The position numbers and the translations under genes were made by a program. Below are positions 60,400-64,000 of a DNA stretch of 64,000 nucleotides, piece after piece. Under the pieces are notes generated by a model. It was not told where the DNA came from, did no database searches, and worked only from the letters and a program-made list of their open reading frames with translations. The first letter of the stretch is position 1. Each line of letters starts with the position of its first letter. Source of the stretch: Utricularia gibba (lineage: Eukaryota; Plantae; Magnoliophyta); assembly GCA_002189035.1 (NCBI GenBank), contig CM007991.1, forward strand, positions 4,960,001-5,024,000. The letters run 5' to 3'.

Positions 60400-63300
60400 G
60401 ACTGTGACACTTGTTAATGGCCTTCGACTAGCAGTAAGCTGCACACACTGTGTGACTTAAATTTCTCATAAAATGGCTTCAGTTGGTGTCCATTCACTTT
60501 GATGCTTTTCCCTGTCTCAAATGAATGAATAATAACAGCACCAGAGGGAAAAACATTCACAACTTCATAAGGTCCAAGTCACTTAGAACGCAATTTACCG
60601 GGAAAGAGTTTCAAGGTGGTATCAAATAAGAGAACTTTTTGATCTACTAAAAATTGCTTCCCATGCAACTTAGCATCATGGAAGCATTTTACCTTTTCTT
60701 TGTGTAGGAGCTAGTTAGTGTAGGCATTGAGGCGAATTTCCTCCAGCTCATTTAGGTCTAAAAGTCTACTCTCCCCAGCTTGATCACTAGTCAGGTTGCA
60801 TGACTTGACGGCCCAGTATGCCCTGTGATGTAATTCAAAGGGAAGATGACATGCCTTACCATAGATCATTCGATATGGAGACATTCTTATAGGATTCTTG
60901 TAGGCAGTACGGTATGCCCAAAGTGCATCATTGAGCCTTAAGCTCCAATCTCGCTTATTTGGGTTAACGGTGCGCTCCAAGATCCTTTTCACCTCTCTAT
61001 TTGATACTTCTGCCATTCCATTTGTTTGAGGATGTCTAGCTGTGGACAGGTGGTGGTTGACTCCATATTTGGAAAGAGCACTCTTTATCGCATGATTCAC
61101 AAAATGGGTGCTACGATTTGAAATTATAATCTTCGGATGTCCAAACCTAGGAAACAAAATGTTAGTCAAGAAATTACTCAGGGTTTTGGCATCATCCTTT
61201 CATAAACAATGGCCTCCACCCATTTAGAAACATAATCAATAGCAAGAAGGATGTAGAGCTTCCCTTGAGAAGGGGGAAATGGTCCCATGAAGTCAATGCC
61301 CCATGCATAAAAAATCTCACAGATGATAATGGCTTGAAGGGGCATTTGATCCTTGTATCCCAAATTTTCTCTTCTTTGACAATTTGGGTAGGCATCCTTG
61401 AATATTGTAGGCCAATAAAATCCAGCCTCTAGGACCTTCTTTGCAGTAACTTTTGCACCAAAGTGTCCACCGCAAGGTAGCTCATGACAATGTGAAAGAA
61501 TAGAGTGTACTTCATCTTGGGGGATGCATCTCCTAATAATCTAATCAATTCCGATTTTTTAGAGATATGGATCGTCTCAGATGAAATTCAAGCTGTCAAT
61601 CCTCAATTTCTCCTTCTGGTAGTGCTGGAAATATGCAGGAAACTGTCCAGTCACTAAAAAATTTACGATGTCAGCGTACCAGGGACTCTCGTCATGGATC
61701 ATGAATAAACGTTCGTCCGGGAAGCTGTCATCAATAAAACTTGATTTTTCTCTAGAAGTGATGCGGCTGAGATGGTCTGCAACTAAATTCTCACATCCTT
61801 TCTTGTCCTTGATCTCCAAGACGAATTCTTGAAGCAATAAAATTCATCTAGTGAGTCTAGGCTTCAAATCCTTCTTGGTGAGGAGATATCTCAAGACGGC
61901 ATGGTCCGAATAGACTATCACTTTGGCTCCCAGCAAATAAGAGCGAAATTTCTCCAGGGCAAACACAATGGCCAGCGACTCCTTTTCTGTAGTGGTGTAA
62001 CTCTTTTGGTCATCATCAAGGCACTTGGACGCATAGTGTGTAACATGGGATTGTTTCTCCACTTTTTGTCCCAAAACCGCACCTAGAGCTACATCACTTG
62101 CATCACAAATTAGTTCAAAGGGTAGACTCCAATTTGGAGCCTGAATAATGGGAGCTGAAACAAGCTTTCCTTTCAAAACATCAAAGGCGTTCATGCATTT
62201 TTCATCAAAATAAAACTCAACATCCTTATGCAATAAGGCACATAGAGGAGATGCAATTTTTGAATAATCTTGAATAAATCTATGATACAATCCAGCATGT
62301 CCAAGGAAAGAACGTACATCTCTTACACAAGTGGGATAAGGTAATTTTTGTATTTTCAATCTTGGCTTTGTCAACTTCAATTCCCTTTTGGGAAACATGT
62401 CCTAAAATGATACCTTGTTCTACCATGAAATGACATTTCTCATAATTCAAAACAAAGTTAGTCTCAACACAACGCTTCAAAATCAATGACAAATTAGCAA
62501 GGCATTCATCAAAGCTATTTCCATAAACCGTAAAGTCATCCATAAAAACCTCCATAATATTTTCAACATATTCAGAAAAAATACTAACCATGCATCTTTG
62601 AAATGTTGGTGGTGCATTGCAAAGTCCAAAAGGCATTTTATGGTAAGCAAAAGTTCCAAAGCGGCAAACGAAAACAACCTTAGATTGGTCCTCAAGAGCC
62701 ACGGGTATTTGATAGAAACTAGAGTATCCATCCAAGCAGCAGTAATGGCTCCTTCCAGCAAGTCTTTCCAACATTTGATCAATGAATGGAAGTGGGTAGT
62801 GTTCTTTCTTGGTGGCTGCGTTCAGTTTTTGGTAATCTACGCACATTCGCTAGGCATTTTGCACTCTGGTAGGCAGGAGTTCCCCTTGGTCATTGGCCAT
62901 GACTGTGATACCTGTTTTCTTCGGGACAACCTGCACAGGGCTAACCCACTCACTATCAGAAATAGGATAGATTATACCTGTGGCCAATAACTTCAGAATC
63001 TCCTTTTTGACCACTTCAATTATAGGTGGATTCAATCTCCTCTATGGTTGGCGAATTGGCTTTGTTCCCTCCTCCAAATAAATGCGATGAGTACATATGG
63101 AGGGGCTTAATCCTTTTATATCTGCCAACGTCCACCCAATTGCCTGTTTGTGCTCTTGGAGCACGCTCCTGTGTTTTTCTTCCTGTTCTAGGGTTAGTGT
63201 ACTTGAGATAATAACAAGTAAAGTCTCATTTTTGCCCAAAAATAAATATTTCAAATTTTCAGGCAGTGTTTTTAACTCTAGTAATGGCGCATGAATAACG

Positions 63301-63469
63301 GAAGGAATCAACAATTTGTCAGGCATTTCTAAACTCAGAAAAGCAATGTCTGAAAATTTAGGTTTTATAGAAAAATAATCAAGATAACTTAAAAGTTCGG
63401 AATCAGAAAAAGAAATATGATCAGAATCAATGTTTTCAGTAAGGCATTTGAGCAATGGATCTTGCTCAT
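60400..63469 (-). pseudogene. pol remnant (RT, RNase H, integrase) of family D
   Basis: [73 protein letters not shown]. Many disabling mutations. Confidence 0.93.
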
Positions 63470-64000
63470 TGATAAACAAAAAATTTACACGTCGTAAATG
63501 TAAATCTTCCTATCAAATAAATTTATAACCTAATACACATTTTAGTATAAAATAATTATGAGCATAGTGATTAGGTCGAACACGAAGAGTAGGTGCTTGC
63601 TATGTGAAAGTTAATGCATGAAATCAGTGTCACGTTGGTAAAATTGTTCTTAGCTAGGACTAAGGCAGAACTAAAATGAATTGCATTAAAGAAAAGTAAT
63701 AAGTTCTGGAGCTCGGTTGTTTTTGGAATGAAATGGGTGATGCCTTGGGACTCCTAGGGGGATGTATGCTCATCACTAAACAAGTTCATACAAACCACAA
63801 ATCATACAACTAACTCACAAGATCTAGGCCTACCCGGATTCTTGTTTTTCCTCCTAATCTTTGGTCCACCTCTAATTAGGGTTGTTAAGTTGGGTTTCAC
63901 TACTTCCCCCTCCTAGATCTATCCTGATTTGTTAAGGAAGTGGTGTGATTTATGGTTTATTAGGTCTAAGGATGGATTAGAATATTGTCCCCTTTTCACC
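63470..64000 (-). mobile_element. Athila family A LTR inserted into family D pol; cut by the window edge
   Basis: Starts TGATAAAC and is collinear with 25616-26150. Left flank CTCAT; the other TSD copy is outside the window. Confidence 0.9.

Larger units (their letters stand above)
56543..63469 (-). mobile_element. Athila-type element, 'family D': 3' LTR, env-like ORF and pol; the 5' part lies beyond the insertion at 63470
   Basis: LTR 56543-57854 (minus strand TGTTAAGTGT...GCAACA) preceded by PPT AAGTGTGAAGGAATA. Post-integrase motif gactataaattggcgctgcatgggaggcaacc at ~60363-60394. The left LTR boundary is inferred from similarity to the other Athila LTR ends. Confidence 0.88.

Noticed and set aside
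1-64000. CRISPR arrays, rRNA, tRNA, telomeric or centromeric satellite, organellar insertions
   Set aside because: None recognised. All repeats seen are explained by LTRs, TIRs, microsatellites or short tandem duplications.

Overview
Eudicot plant nuclear DNA, roughly three-quarters transposon-derived. There are no prokaryotic features, CRISPR arrays or recognisable RNA genes. Five host genes are supported: (1) the 3' ten exons of a DUF21/CBS (CNNM-like) gene at 116-2394; a compact three-gene island of (2) an NDUFAF4-like gene (+), (3) a GT34 xyloglucan xylosyltransferase (-) and (4) a short ULP1/ESD4-type SUMO protease (+) whose exon 2 is split by a 538-bp solo LTR; and (5) an intronless serine-rich gene with a DUF740-like N-terminal Cys/His motif (-) at 54633-55682. 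The rest is nested TEs, many with readable target-site duplications (TSDs): a 16.8-kb copia nest (10816-27641) holding an Angela-type solo LTR, a decayed Athila-type element, a solo LTR inside that element's LTR and another solo LTR; a PIF/Harbinger element (37530-43485) with TIRs and both ORFs; a second copia nest (45065-51645); a 1.2-kb MULE with a 10-bp TSD; and an env-like-carrying Athila element running off the right edge. No TE ORF is intact. I found no clearly new biological system. The best leads are the LTR-disrupted short SUMO protease with a putative N-acylation motif, and a hairpin at the same position (~128-131 bp from the 5' end) in three different Athila-type LTR families. All alignments, identities and family names come from reading by eye and from recalled family motifs, not from database searches.
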